64,000 nt of DNA from Alphaproteobacteria bacterium (GCA_964291675.2 OZ219866.1:1120001-1184000); one strand, 5' to 3'. Counted from the stretch's first letter, positions 36,897 to 47,193 are shown. Notes: a model not told the origin generated them from the letters alone. Made by a program: numbers and translations.

Positions 36897-38036
36897 CTAC
36901 CGGACGGTGCGTTCGACCCACCACCGGGCGAGCTCAGGCACCAGCGGTTCGAGATGGGAGAACCGGCCGCGCGGGGCGAGCGGCGATCTGAGCCCGCGCT
37001 GCTGCAAGGCGGCGACGGCGTTGTCTTCCGCGAGCGTGGTGTCCCAGCGCTTGTAGTAATAGGCCACCTTCTCCTCGAAATCGGGCCGCGCGACGGTCGT
37101 CTTCGGGAAGCAGGCGCCGTGGATCACCCGCGTCCGGTTGGGGCCCTGCGGCTGGAGCTCCAGATACCAGATCGAATCGAGCGTCATGCCGAGCATGGTC
37201 GAGGGGTTGAGGCAGACGTAGTTGGTGCCCATCGCGGCGCGGCCCTCCAGCCCCTCGATATGCGGCAGCTCGTGCTGCAAATCCTCGATCAGCAGCGAGC
37301 GGGTGTGCGCGTCGTGGTGCTCGCGGATGTCGAGCCAGGCGCCCTCGGTGGGCGCGGCCGAGTGCTCCATCTCCTTGGGGTTGAGCGTCGCGCCGTGGAC
37401 CATCGGCAGGTGGTACTCCTCCATCGCGTTCTCGATATGCACCTTCCAGTTGCAGTCGACCTCGTGTACCCGCTTGCGCACCAGGGCGAGCTCGTCGAGG
37501 CGGTAGGACGCCATCAGCTCCGGAAAGTTGCCGAGATAGTCGGCGAGCGGCGGCGCGTCGTCGTCGAAGTTGACGAAGACGAAGCAGCCGCAAATCTCCA
37601 GCCGCAGCCGGCGCAGCCCGTAGCGGGCGGGATCGAAATCGCGCGCCCGCTCCATCCCGGGCGCGCTGTGCAGCCCGCCGTCGAGGTCGTAGACCCAGCC
37701 GTGATAGGGGCAGGTGAAGGCGCGGCAATTGCCCTCGCCGTCGGCCACCGGGGTGCCGCGGTGGCGGCAGTTGTTGGCGAACGCCCGGATCTCCCCGTCC
37801 CCGCCGCGCACCACGAGTATCGGGACGCCGACATAGTCGACCGCGATGTAGTCGCCGGGCGCCGCCACCTGGTCGACATGGCCGAAGAAGTTCCAGGTCT
37901 GCGAGAACAGGTTCTGGACTTCGAGCCGGTAGTACTCCTCGGAGGTGTAGCACCACGCCGGCAGGGACTCGGCCTCCTCGACCGGCCTGAAGACGCCGTC
38001 GAAGGTGGAACGGTCGATCGTCGGGGTCTCGAACAT
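36897..38036 (-). CDS. Rieske non-heme iron oxygenase alpha subunit (choline monooxygenase/CntA-like group)
   Basis: NCRHRG..CPYHGW Rieske motif; NWK..ENAMEEYH..VH. Confidence 0.92.
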   Translation of the reverse strand: MFETPTIDRSTFDGVFRPVEEAESLPAWCYTSEEYYRLEVQNLFSQTWNFFGHVDQVAAPGDYIAVDYVGVPILVVRGGDGEIRAFANNCRHRGTPVADGEGNCRAFTCPYHGWVYDLDGGLHSAPGMERARDFDPARYGLRRLRLEICGCFVFVNFDDDAPPLADYLGNFPELMASYRLDELALVRKRVHEVDCNWKVHIENAMEEYHLPMVHGATLNPKEMEHSAAPTEGAWLDIREHHDAHTRSLLIEDLQHELPHIEGLEGRAAMGTNYVCLNPSTMLGMTLDSIWYLELQPQGPNRTRVIHGACFPKTTVARPDFEEKVAYYYKRWDTTLAEDNAVAALQQRGLRSPLAPRGRFSHLEPLVPELARWWVERTVR

Positions 38037-38140
38037 CGACTTCTTTCCTCGATGTGCGGAACTTTCCCGGAAAGGCTAGCCAAATCCCCCTCTCCGGTCC
38101 AATGATGCGCATCGAGAGGCTTCTTCGCGGGAGGGAAGAG

Positions 38141-38896
38141 ATGGCGACCTTCGTCCTGGTGCACGGCGCATGGCATGGCGGCTGGTGCTGGCGCGACGTG
38201 CGCGCGATCCTGCGCGCGCGGGGGCACGAGGTGTTCACCCCGACGCTGACCGGGCTCGGCGAGCGCTCGCATCTGCTGTCCCGCGACATCGGCATGGACA
38301 CCCACGTCGCCGACGTGGCCAACGTGATCGTCTGGGAGGAGCTCGACGGCGTCGTGCTGGTCGGCCACTCCTATGGCGGCAGCGTGATCACCGGGGTCGC
38401 CGACCGCATGAAGGACCGGCTGGCGCATGCGGTCTATCTCGATGCCTTCGTGCCCGAGGACGGCGACAGCTCCGCCTCGATGGCGGTAACCGTCGCCAAC
38501 CGCGACGCGACCGAGGCGGATATCGGCGCCGAGATCAAGCGCCGCCTCGACATGACCGACGAGCGCGGCGGTTCGGCGACGCATTACACCAACATGTTCG
38601 ACATCCCCAAACACCCGCCCGAGCCCTATCGCTGGGTCGAACGGCGCATCACGCGGCATCCGGTGCGCACCCAGATCGAGCCGATCCGGCTCAAGAACGG
38701 CGGCTCGGACGGGCTGCCGCGGACCTATATCCTGTGTGCCGGCTCGGAGGGGCCGGCACCGTTCAGGATCCTCGCCGAGCGGTTCCGGGACGACCCGACC
38801 TGGCGCTGCCGCGAGCTGCCCACCGGCCACGACGCGATGGTGACCATGCCGCGGGAAACCGCGGAGCTGCTGATCGAGGCGGCGGAGGCTTCCTGA
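38141..38896 (+). CDS. Alpha/beta hydrolase (esterase)
   Basis: FVLVHGAWHGGWCW, GHSYGG, TGHD. Confidence 0.92.
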   Translation: MATFVLVHGAWHGGWCWRDVRAILRARGHEVFTPTLTGLGERSHLLSRDIGMDTHVADVANVIVWEELDGVVLVGHSYGGSVITGVADRMKDRLAHAVYLDAFVPEDGDSSASMAVTVANRDATEADIGAEIKRRLDMTDERGGSATHYTNMFDIPKHPPEPYRWVERRITRHPVRTQIEPIRLKNGGSDGLPRTYILCAGSEGPAPFRILAERFRDDPTWRCRELPTGHDAMVTMPRETAELLIEAAEAS

Positions 38897-39412
38897 ATGG
38901 GGGCCGACGACACCCCGCTCGGCAGCGAGATCGTCGATGCGCTGAAGGCGGCCGGGGTCGGGCATGTGGCGGCGCTGCCCGACATCGTCACCAGCGCCGG
39001 CATATTGTGGCGGCTCGCGGACGATCCCGACATCCGCCTGATCCGGCTCTGCAAGGAGGACGAGGGGGTGTCGATCTGCGCCGCGCTGTCCTATTGCGAC
39101 AAGCGGGCGGCGCTGCTGATGCAGCAGACCGGGCTGATGGATTCGCTGAACGCGATCCGCGCCACTGCGGTCGAGTACGGGCTGCCGGTCTGCATGGTGG
39201 TCGGGCTGCTCGGCAAGGAGCCCGACCGCCCGGCGTCGGACTCGGCGAGCTACGGGGTGCGGATCGTCGAGCCGGTGTTGGACGCGATGGGGATCGACCG
39301 CATCTCCATCGAGACCTCTTCCGATGTCGCCGGGCTCGCGCCCGCGATCGAGAGGGCCTATGCCCAATCCCGCCCGGTGGTCGCGCTGATCGGACGGAGG
39401 ATCGAGCGTTGA
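38897..39412 (+). CDS. Split ThDP decarboxylase alpha subunit (ComD/phosphonopyruvate decarboxylase-like)
   Basis: ALPD, CKEDEGVSICA, LMQQTG..SLNA. Confidence 0.82.
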   Translation: MGADDTPLGSEIVDALKAAGVGHVAALPDIVTSAGILWRLADDPDIRLIRLCKEDEGVSICAALSYCDKRAALLMQQTGLMDSLNAIRATAVEYGLPVCMVVGLLGKEPDRPASDSASYGVRIVEPVLDAMGIDRISIETSSDVAGLAPAIERAYAQSRPVVALIGRRIER

Positions 39413-39999
39413 TGCGCCGCGACGAATGCTTCCGCAAGCTCGCCGAGCACCGTGGCGAGGCCATCGTGGTCGCGGCCTATACGTCCGCCTTCGAGTGGGT
39501 GGCGATCGACCCGAGCCCGCTCAACTACGTCAGCGTGGGCGCGATGGGCCAGGCCTCGTCGCACGCGCTCGGCCTCGCCATCGGGCTGCCCGACCGCAGG
39601 ATCGTCGTGCTCGACGGCGACGGCTCGCTCCTGATGAATCTCGGCAGCCTGGTCACCATCGCCGAGGCGGGGCCGGAGAACCTGGTCCATTTCGTGGTCG
39701 AGAACGGCACCTACGAGGCCAATGGCGGCCACCCGATCCCCGGCCGGGGGCGGGTCGACTTCGCCGGCTTCGCGCGCGATGCCGGCTACCGGGAGGTGCA
39801 CCGCTTCGACGGGCTCAACCGGTTCTCGGCGATGCTCCCCGATCTCCTCGCCGCCAAGGGTCCGGTCTTCGGCTGCCTCAAGGTGGAGCCCGGCCCGCCG
39901 CCCCAATACGACTACGACATGCTCCACAGCGCCCGCATGCGCGAAGCCTTCCGGGACGCGATCCGCCCGTTCCGCGGCGGCGGGGCGCGGACGGGGTAG
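39412..39999 (+). CDS. Split ThDP decarboxylase beta subunit (ComE-like)
   Basis: GAMGQASS.ALG, DGDGSLLMNLG, ENGTY. Confidence 0.85.
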   Translation: MRRDECFRKLAEHRGEAIVVAAYTSAFEWVAIDPSPLNYVSVGAMGQASSHALGLAIGLPDRRIVVLDGDGSLLMNLGSLVTIAEAGPENLVHFVVENGTYEANGGHPIPGRGRVDFAGFARDAGYREVHRFDGLNRFSAMLPDLLAAKGPVFGCLKVEPGPPPQYDYDMLHSARMREAFRDAIRPFRGGGARTG

Positions 40000-40001
40000 A
40001 G

Positions 40002-40430
40002 TCAGGCGAGCGGGTTGGTCCACCTGAGACCGGGAAACCGCGCCATGTCCGCATCGGTGGAGTGAAGCTCGGCCTGATGCTCGATCGCCAGGGCCGCGAG
40101 GTGGGCGTCCGTCGTCAGGTTGCCGGCCGAGCCCACCGCCTCGAGAAGAGCGAACAGAATGTCCGCATGGCGGTCTCCCGGGTGAACGATTACCGTCTGC
40201 GGTCTGCCGAGCCAGGCTCGAACGCGCGCGCAGGCGCTACCGACGGCGAGCGGCTGGTCGAGAATCCTCGGGTTCGTGGCGATGCGGATGAACCCCAGGA
40301 TTGCCACCCAGGGAAGACCGACGCTGCCGGCCCCGTTCATCAGGCCTTCCCACCATAGTCGCGCCGCCTCGTGCCGAGGGGACTGCGAATCGTGGGCATG
40401 CAGCAACAGGTTTACGTCGGGAACGATCAC
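40002..40430 (-). CDS. VapC PIN toxin (Rv3131/TIGR00028-like)
   Basis: IVPDVNLLL.A, F.RIATNPRI, DAHLAALAIEH, STDADMARFPGL. Confidence 0.92.
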   Translation of the reverse strand: MIVPDVNLLLHAHDSQSPRHEAARLWWEGLMNGAGSVGLPWVAILGFIRIATNPRILDQPLAVGSACARVRAWLGRPQTVIVHPGDRHADILFALLEAVGSAGNLTTDAHLAALAIEHQAELHSTDADMARFPGLRWTNPLA

Positions 40431-40687
40431 CGACCGTACCGGCCCGCTATCCCGTCGGCCTCCATCTCGTCGAGCAACTGGTTGAGCCGGTCCCTGTCAA
40501 CGCCCGGCTTCAGGCCGAACGCGTGGGGCTCCACCCTGTAGCGAGGCGACCGCGGCGGCTTCCCCCGAACGCCGAGCCCAAGACGCAAGGCGTCGTTGAC
40601 GACCGCCTTCATGCTCCTGTCGCTGCGCCGCATTTCGTGCCGGAGAACCTGCGCGACATCCGGATCGAGCGTCAATGTGGTCCGCAT
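40427..40687 (-). CDS. VapB-like ribbon-helix-helix antitoxin
   Basis: MRTTLTLDPDV...VVNDALRLGL; GTGA overlap with toxin. Confidence 0.9.
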   Translation of the reverse strand: MRTTLTLDPDVAQVLRHEMRRSDRSMKAVVNDALRLGLGVRGKPPRSPRYRVEPHAFGLKPGVDRDRLNQLLDEMEADGIAGRYGR

Positions 40688-40694
40688 GGATGGC

Positions 40695-40723
40695 AGCATG
40701 ATGCACTCATCTGCTGATGTCAA
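40695..40723 (-). promoter_or_regulatory. Promoter for vapBC, probably leaderless
   Basis: TTGACA-N17-CATGCT-N7-ATG with repeated GATG/CATC motifs. Confidence 0.55.
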
Positions 40724-40772
40724 GATGCTAGAGTTTCCGCTTCCGGCAAACCGCCCGGACGCCAGCCGCGGC

Positions 40773-41822
40773 TCAGCCCAGCCCGTAGAGCGCCCTGGCG
40801 TTGTCGTCGAGGATCTTGTCGACCACGCGCGGCTCGACCCGCCCGTCCTGCTTCAGGAGACGCAGCGCCTCGATCTCGGTCGCCGTGTCGGCATGGCCGT
40901 AATCGGTGCCGATCACCAGATGGTCCTCGCCGGCATAGCCCAGCACATAGGGCAGGTCGTCGGTCACCTGGCAGGCGACCCAGATGTTGTGGCGCCGCAG
41001 CACGTCTTGGCCGAGCTCCTTGCCCTTCCGCCTGAAGCGGATCGAGAGGTCGTTGATCACATAGGGCACCCACTGGCTCGACACCTCGATGAAGCCCCAG
41101 CGCACGCCGGGGAAGCGGTCCGGGATCGCGTGATAGACCAGGGTGTGGAAGGCGCCGATGGTCGCCAGCTTGAACTTCGAGAACCCGGAATCGTCGAGGA
41201 AGAAGCGGTGCATCGTCGGGCTGTTGGTCGCCGAGTGGATGCAGACCGGCAGGTCGCGCGCCTCGGCCGCCTCGTAGACCGGGAAGAAATAGGGGTCGTT
41301 CAGCGTGCGGTCGCATTCGAGGCCGCGCAGGAAGATGCCGACGGCCCCGTTCTCCTGCGCGAAGTCGAGCTCCTCGTCGAGCCTGTCCATCGCCAAGAGC
41401 GGCGGCGACATCACCCAGCGCAGCCGGTCGGGCGCCTGGCGCCAGATATCGGCGAGCCAGCGATTGTAGCTCCGGCTCAGCGCGAGCTCGACGCCGGCCT
41501 TCATGGTGATCGGCCTGAGGAACAGCGTCGGATACAGCACCTGGATGTCGACCCCGAGCCGGTCCATATGGGCGAGCCTGCCCGGAATGTCGCGCATCTC
41601 GCGCGTATCCACCGTGGTGTCGCTGCCGACATTGTCCTCCTTGGGCAGGATCGAGCCGTCGATCACCCAGTATTCCTCGATCGCCTGGCCTTCGAGCCCG
41701 CGGTCCTGCGCGCCGGAGGCGCGGGTGACGACCATCGGGGTGCAGCCCCGCTCGTCGTCGCGCAGATAGCGCCAGGTGTCCGGCGTCTCCAGGACATGGG
41801 CATCGGCATCGATCGTCGTCAT
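40773..41822 (-). CDS. Amidohydrolase_2 family (LigW/ACMSD-like decarboxylase or hydratase)
   Basis: IDADAHV, IQVLYPT, YNRWLAD, CIH, GTDYGH. Confidence 0.88.
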   Translation of the reverse strand: MTTIDADAHVLETPDTWRYLRDDERGCTPMVVTRASGAQDRGLEGQAIEEYWVIDGSILPKEDNVGSDTTVDTREMRDIPGRLAHMDRLGVDIQVLYPTLFLRPITMKAGVELALSRSYNRWLADIWRQAPDRLRWVMSPPLLAMDRLDEELDFAQENGAVGIFLRGLECDRTLNDPYFFPVYEAAEARDLPVCIHSATNSPTMHRFFLDDSGFSKFKLATIGAFHTLVYHAIPDRFPGVRWGFIEVSSQWVPYVINDLSIRFRRKGKELGQDVLRRHNIWVACQVTDDLPYVLGYAGEDHLVIGTDYGHADTATEIEALRLLKQDGRVEPRVVDKILDDNARALYGLG

Positions 41823-41911
41823 CGCCAACCTCGCGCTTGCTCGTCCGGACGCCATCTTGCGTCCTCCGCCGGGGTCTGGCAACGCGCCGGCGCGGACGCC
41901 ACAATCGGCGC

Positions 41912-42784
41912 ATGGAACCGAGCGCCTGTGGCCCCTACCCCTACGAAGCGATCGTCGACCGGCCGCCGCTCGTCTGGCCGGGCGGGGCGCGGATCGCGTT
42001 CTGGGTCATCCCCAACATCGAGGTCTTCGCGCTGAACGAGCGGATGCCGGACGGGCCGGGGCTCATCCCCGACGTGTCGGCCTGGGGCAGGCGGGATTAC
42101 GGCAACCGGGTCGGCGTGTTCCGCATGATGGAGGCGATGGAGCGCCACGGCGTGCGCGGAACGGTCGCGCTCAACAGCGAGGTTTGCGACGCAGCCCCGC
42201 GCGTGGTCGAGGAATGCGTGCGCCTCGGCTGGGAGCTGATGGGCCATTGCGAGAGCAACACGCGCCGGCTCAACGAGGCGGGCTCGGAAGAGGAGGCCGG
42301 GCGCATCGTCCAGCGCACCCTCGCGCGCATCGAGCGCGCCACCGGCCGCCGCCCGACCGGCTGGCTCGGCGCCGGGCGGCAGGAGACCTGGGGGACGCTC
42401 GACCGGCTGGTGGCCGAGGGCTGCCGCTACGTGGCCGACTGGGACTCCGACGACCAGCCGGTGCTGATGGAGGTCGCCGGCAGGCCGCTGGTCTCGATGC
42501 CCTACGGCGCCGGGGTCTCCGACAAGCAGGCCTTCGAGGGGAGCGGCTTCACCGCCGACGATTTCGAGCGCATGATATGCCGCGCCTTCGACGTGCTCTA
42601 TGCCGAGAGCGCGACCTCGGGCCGCGTCGCCTCGGTCTCGCTCCACCCCTATATCGTCGGCGTCCCGCACCGCATCGGCGCGCTGGACAGGGCGCTCGCC
42701 CATATAAGAGGCCACGACGACGTCTGGTTCGCCACCGGCGAGGAGATCGTCGCCCATTTCCTGGCATGGAAGGCGCAAGGCTAG
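41912..42784 (+). CDS. Polysaccharide deacetylase / PuuE allantoinase-like
   Basis: WPGGARIAFWV, DYGNRVG, ELMGH, DDQP, SLHPYIVGVPHR. Confidence 0.88.
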   Translation: MEPSACGPYPYEAIVDRPPLVWPGGARIAFWVIPNIEVFALNERMPDGPGLIPDVSAWGRRDYGNRVGVFRMMEAMERHGVRGTVALNSEVCDAAPRVVEECVRLGWELMGHCESNTRRLNEAGSEEEAGRIVQRTLARIERATGRRPTGWLGAGRQETWGTLDRLVAEGCRYVADWDSDDQPVLMEVAGRPLVSMPYGAGVSDKQAFEGSGFTADDFERMICRAFDVLYAESATSGRVASVSLHPYIVGVPHRIGALDRALAHIRGHDDVWFATGEEIVAHFLAWKAQG

Positions 42785-42800
42785 ACGGGGAGGGCCCGCG

Positions 42801-44507
42801 ATGTTTCCCGAACACGATCTGATCCTGCACGGCGGCAAGGCGATCACGCTCGACGGCGGGTCGCGCCTGGCGCGCGCCGTGGGCGCCTCGGCGGGGCGCA
42901 TTTCGGCGGTTGGCGGCGACGCGGAGGTGCTGGCCGGGCGCGGCCGCCACACGCGGATCGTCGACCTCGGCGGAAGGGTGGTGTGTCCGGGCTTCATCGA
43001 CACCCACGCCCATATGGACCGCGAGGGGCTGAAGGCGCGCGGCGGCTACTCGCTCGCCGGGCGTCACTCGGTGGCGGCGATCGTCGATGCGGTGGCCGGC
43101 GCCTGCGCCCGCACGCCGAAGGGCGAGTGGGTGGTCTGCATGCCCATGGGCACGCCCAAGCTCTCCTATATCAGCCGGCCGGATCAGCTCGAGGAAGGCC
43201 GCTTCCCGACCCGCCACGACCTCGATGCGGTCTCGCCCGACAACCCGGTCTATATCCGCGTGCCCTGGGGCTGGTGGGTGCACCGCCCCTTCGTCGCGGT
43301 CGCCAACTCGGCGGCGCTCAGGCTCTGCGGCATCGACCGCGACACGCCGGCGCCCTACAACGTCGAGATCCTCGCCGACGGCGACGGCGAGCCCAACGGC
43401 GTGTTCCTCGACCGCTCCTACGCCCCGGTGATCGAGTACACGCTGATGCGCAAGGCGCCGAGGATCGCCTTCGAGGACCGCGTGGCGGGCTGCCGGCTGG
43501 GCGCCGTGGCCTACGCCGCCGCCGGCACGACGAGCATCTACGAGGGACACGGGCTGACGCCGGCGATCCTGGAGGCCTATCGCCGGGTGCGGGAGGACGG
43601 CGACCTCGTCGTGCGCGCCCATTTGCCGCTCAGCGTCCCGGGCGCCTCGGTCGACGACCGCAGGCTGGCCGGCATACTCGACGAATGGGCGGGGCGGCTG
43701 GCCGGGCGCGGCAGCGGCGACGACATGCTGCGCTTCGAGGGCGTGTGCGTCGACGTGGCAAACGAGCAGGCCGCGGCGATCATCGGCGAGCACTACCCAT
43801 ACGAGGCCTGGGCCGGGCATTTCTACCACTCGCTGTCGCACGACCGCTTCGTCGAGCTCGGCGTCCACGCCGCGAAGCTCGGCATCAGGCTGAGCTGCCT
43901 GATCTGCTACGACCTCGAACGGGTGCTCAGGGCCTATGAGGCGATCGACGCAAAGGTGTCGATCCGCGACCGGCGCTGGGTGATGATCCACGTGATCGAG
44001 GCGAGCGCCGACCAGATCCGCCGCATGAAGGCGCTCGGCGTGATCGCGACCGTGACGCCCAACTTCATGTACATGGCGTCCGACCGCTTCAACCTGCACG
44101 AGATCGGCGAGCGCGCGATGCCGATCCGCGCGCTGATCGATGCCGGGGTGCCGGTCGCGCTGTCGTCGGACAACGTGCCCTACTCCATGTTGTGGACCAT
44201 GTGGGAGGCGCTCGCCCGCTACGACGCCGATTCCGGGCGCAAGCTCGGCCAAAGCAACCTCACCCGCGAGGAGGCGCTGCGCATGATCTGCCAGACCGGC
44301 GCCGCGGTGACCTGGGAAGAGGACGCGAAGGGCGCGCTGGAGGTGGGCAAGCTGGCCGACATGGTCGTGCTGGACGGCGACCCGCTGAGCTGCGCCGAGG
44401 ACGCGATCAAGCACATTCGCGTCGAGCGCACCTTCCTCGGCGGCCGCGAGGTGTTCGGCCCCGGCATGACCGACCCCGGCCCGGTCGACGGCATGGACCC
44501 GCTCTGA
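42801..44507 (+). CDS. Amidohydrolase_3 (YtcJ-like)
   Basis: DLGGR...PGFIDTHAH, SSDN, GALEVGKLADMVVLD. Confidence 0.9.
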   Translation: MFPEHDLILHGGKAITLDGGSRLARAVGASAGRISAVGGDAEVLAGRGRHTRIVDLGGRVVCPGFIDTHAHMDREGLKARGGYSLAGRHSVAAIVDAVAGACARTPKGEWVVCMPMGTPKLSYISRPDQLEEGRFPTRHDLDAVSPDNPVYIRVPWGWWVHRPFVAVANSAALRLCGIDRDTPAPYNVEILADGDGEPNGVFLDRSYAPVIEYTLMRKAPRIAFEDRVAGCRLGAVAYAAAGTTSIYEGHGLTPAILEAYRRVREDGDLVVRAHLPLSVPGASVDDRRLAGILDEWAGRLAGRGSGDDMLRFEGVCVDVANEQAAAIIGEHYPYEAWAGHFYHSLSHDRFVELGVHAAKLGIRLSCLICYDLERVLRAYEAIDAKVSIRDRRWVMIHVIEASADQIRRMKALGVIATVTPNFMYMASDRFNLHEIGERAMPIRALIDAGVPVALSSDNVPYSMLWTMWEALARYDADSGRKLGQSNLTREEALRMICQTGAAVTWEEDAKGALEVGKLADMVVLDGDPLSCAEDAIKHIRVERTFLGGREVFGPGMTDPGPVDGMDPL

Positions 44508-44657
44508 CCGTGTCCGTCGACGGGGCTCCGCCATGCGGGCCGGGCATGGGCACGGCGCCAATCGGCATTTCCGGTTTGGGCGGCCCCGTGCTAGCCGGTT
44601 CCTCGAGGCGGGCGGCACCGGCTTGAGCGAGCGACAGGACCGCGGACTGTGCGAGGC

Positions 44658-47048
44658 ATGAAGGCGCTCCACGAGTTCGAGTCGCGCTTCGGCGGCTGGG
44701 TCATCGCGCTGCGCTGGCCGATCGTCGCCGTCGCCCTGGTGCTGACCGGGATCGCGGCGGCCGGCACGGCATTTCTCGAATTCTCGGCCGACGACCGCAT
44801 CTACTTCGCCAAGGACAATCCCCAGCTCCTCGCAAGCGAGGCGATGGAGAACACCTACGGCAAGACCAACAACGTGCTCTTCGCCGTCGTGCCGGAGGAC
44901 CGCGACGCCACCTCGGCCGTCGCGCTCGAAGCCATCGCCTGGCTCACCGAACGGTCCTGGCAGATTCCCCATGCCACCCGCGTCGACTCGCTGACCAACT
45001 TCCAGCACTCAACGGCGGACGGCGACGACATCCTGGTCCGCGACCTCCTGGAGGTCGCCGCCGACGGCGATGGCGGCGGGCGGTCCAGGATCCGCGCGAT
45101 CGCCCTGGCCGAACCGCTGCTTGCGGGGCGGCTGATCGCGCGCGACGGCGCGGTCGGCGGCGTCAACGTCACCATCGCCCTGCCCGGCGGGGACGAGATG
45201 CGCGAAAGGGGGCGGGTGGCCGCGTTCTCCTACGGGCTCGCGGACCGGGTTCGCGAGCGCTTTCCCGGCACCGACGTGCGCGTGACCGGCCAGGTGATTT
45301 TCAACCAGGCCTTCATGGAGGTCTCGCTGCGCGACCTCCAGACGCTGGTTCCGGCGAGCTTCGCGGCGATGACGCTGATGCTGGTGCTGCTGACCGGCGG
45401 GCTGGGCGGGACCTTCGCGATCATGCTCGTGGTCGCGCTGTCGGTGATGACCGCGGTGGGTCTCGGCGGATGGGTGGGGCTGCCGATGACGACGCCCTCC
45501 GCCATCGCGCCGGTCGTCGTGCTCACGGTCGCCATCGCCAGCTGCGTGCACATATTCTCGAGCGTCGTCCACCACATGCAGAGCGATGCGTCACGCGCGC
45601 CCGCGGATCGGGGTAGCGGCGAGCGCAAGCGGAACGCGATCGTGGAATCGGTGCGGGTCAATCTTCAACCAGTGTTCCTCGCCTGCCTGACCACCGCGTT
45701 CGGCTTCCTCAGCATGAACTTCTCCGAGGTGCCGCCGCTCCGCCATCTCGGCACCTTCGTCGCGTTCGGGGTCGGCGCGGCCTTCCTGCTCTCGGTGAGC
45801 GTTCTGCCGGCGCTGCTCTCGCTGCTGCCGGTCCGGGTGCGCCAGGCCGGATACCGCCGCGATGCCGCGATGGCCGCGCTCGGGGAGTTCGTCATCCGCC
45901 GGCGCCGCGCATTGCTGTGGGGGTTCGGAGCGGTCGCGGTAGTGCTCGTCGCCTCGATTCCCCGCAACGAGCTGAACGACGTCTTCCTCCACTATTTCGA
46001 CCGGAGCATCGAGTTCCGGCGCGACGCGGATTTCACCGTCGAGCACCTCACCGGCATCTATACGATGGAGTACGCGCTCGCCTCGGGCGAGCGGGGCGGG
46101 ATCGCCGACCCCGCCTACCTCGCCGACCTCGCCGCGTTCGCCGGGTGGTACAGGGAGCAGCCCGAGACGATCCACGTCAACGTCGTCACCGATACCTTCC
46201 GGCGGCTCAACATGAGCCTGCATGGCGACGATCCGGCCGAGTACCGCCTGCCCGCGAGCCGCGAGCTGGCCGCGCAGTACCTGCTGCTCTACGAGCTGTC
46301 ACTTCCCGCCGGGCTCGATCTCAACAACCAGATCGACGTCGACAAGTCGGCGACCCGCATGACGGTGGCGACGAGGACGCTGTCGTCGAACGAGGTGATC
46401 GCGCTCGACCGGCGCGCGCTGCGATGGCTGGCCGACCGCGCGCCCCACATCGCCCGCGCCGAGAGCGCCGGCGGCACGTTGATGTTCGCCTATCTCGGTC
46501 GGCGCAACATCATCGCGATGCTGCTCGGCACCACCGTCGCCCTGATCGGGATTTCCCTCGTGCTCGTGCTCGCCCTGCGGTCGTTGCGGCTCGGCCTCGC
46601 GAGCCTGGTCCCCAACCTGGTTCCCGGCGCGATGGGGTTCGGCATCTGGGGTTGGGCGGTCGGAGAGGTCGGGGTCTCGCTGTCGATGGTGACGGCCATG
46701 ACGCTCGGCATCGTGGTCGACGACACGGTGCACTTCCTGAGCAAGTACCAGCGCGCCCGGCGCGAGCTCGGTTGCGCGCCCCCCGACGCGGTGCGCGTCG
46801 CGTTTCGCACCGTGGGCCGCGCGCTGCTCACGACGTCTGTCGTGCTGGTCGCCGGATTCGTGGTGGTGAGCCTCTCCAGCTTCGAGCTCAACTCCGGCAT
46901 GGGCAGGCTCACCGCGATGGTCATCGCGCTCGCGCTCGTGGCCGATCTCTTTCTCCTGCCGCCGCTGCTCATGCGGATCGACCGGTCACGGGGCGCGGCG
47001 GGCGACCCGGGCGATTCGGCGAGCCGGACCGTCGGTTCGCATCGCTGA
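44658..47048 (+). CDS. MMPL/RND family transporter
   Basis: Two MMPL halves; TLGIVVDDTVHFL, many TM segments. Confidence 0.9.
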   Translation: MKALHEFESRFGGWVIALRWPIVAVALVLTGIAAAGTAFLEFSADDRIYFAKDNPQLLASEAMENTYGKTNNVLFAVVPEDRDATSAVALEAIAWLTERSWQIPHATRVDSLTNFQHSTADGDDILVRDLLEVAADGDGGGRSRIRAIALAEPLLAGRLIARDGAVGGVNVTIALPGGDEMRERGRVAAFSYGLADRVRERFPGTDVRVTGQVIFNQAFMEVSLRDLQTLVPASFAAMTLMLVLLTGGLGGTFAIMLVVALSVMTAVGLGGWVGLPMTTPSAIAPVVVLTVAIASCVHIFSSVVHHMQSDASRAPADRGSGERKRNAIVESVRVNLQPVFLACLTTAFGFLSMNFSEVPPLRHLGTFVAFGVGAAFLLSVSVLPALLSLLPVRVRQAGYRRDAAMAALGEFVIRRRRALLWGFGAVAVVLVASIPRNELNDVFLHYFDRSIEFRRDADFTVEHLTGIYTMEYALASGERGGIADPAYLADLAAFAGWYREQPETIHVNVVTDTFRRLNMSLHGDDPAEYRLPASRELAAQYLLLYELSLPAGLDLNNQIDVDKSATRMTVATRTLSSNEVIALDRRALRWLADRAPHIARAESAGGTLMFAYLGRRNIIAMLLGTTVALIGISLVLVLALRSLRLGLASLVPNLVPGAMGFGIWGWAVGEVGVSLSMVTAMTLGIVVDDTVHFLSKYQRARRELGCAPPDAVRVAFRTVGRALLTTSVVLVAGFVVVSLSSFELNSGMGRLTAMVIALALVADLFLLPPLLMRIDRSRGAAGDPGDSASRTVGSHR

Positions 47049-47193
47049 CAAATAAAAATATACTTAAAGCTGATATTAATATTCCTTGGTTTTTGGCGCC
47101 CGAGGATGCACCATCCCCCGGTGGGAAAGAACCAGACGAGAACCGGCGACCGGGTCGCGCATCGGGTTAACCGGGCCACGGGACGTCGAGACG

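Noticed and set aside
47064-47079. CtrA-like TTAA...TTAA site
   Set aside because: Spacing is 8 nt rather than the required 7
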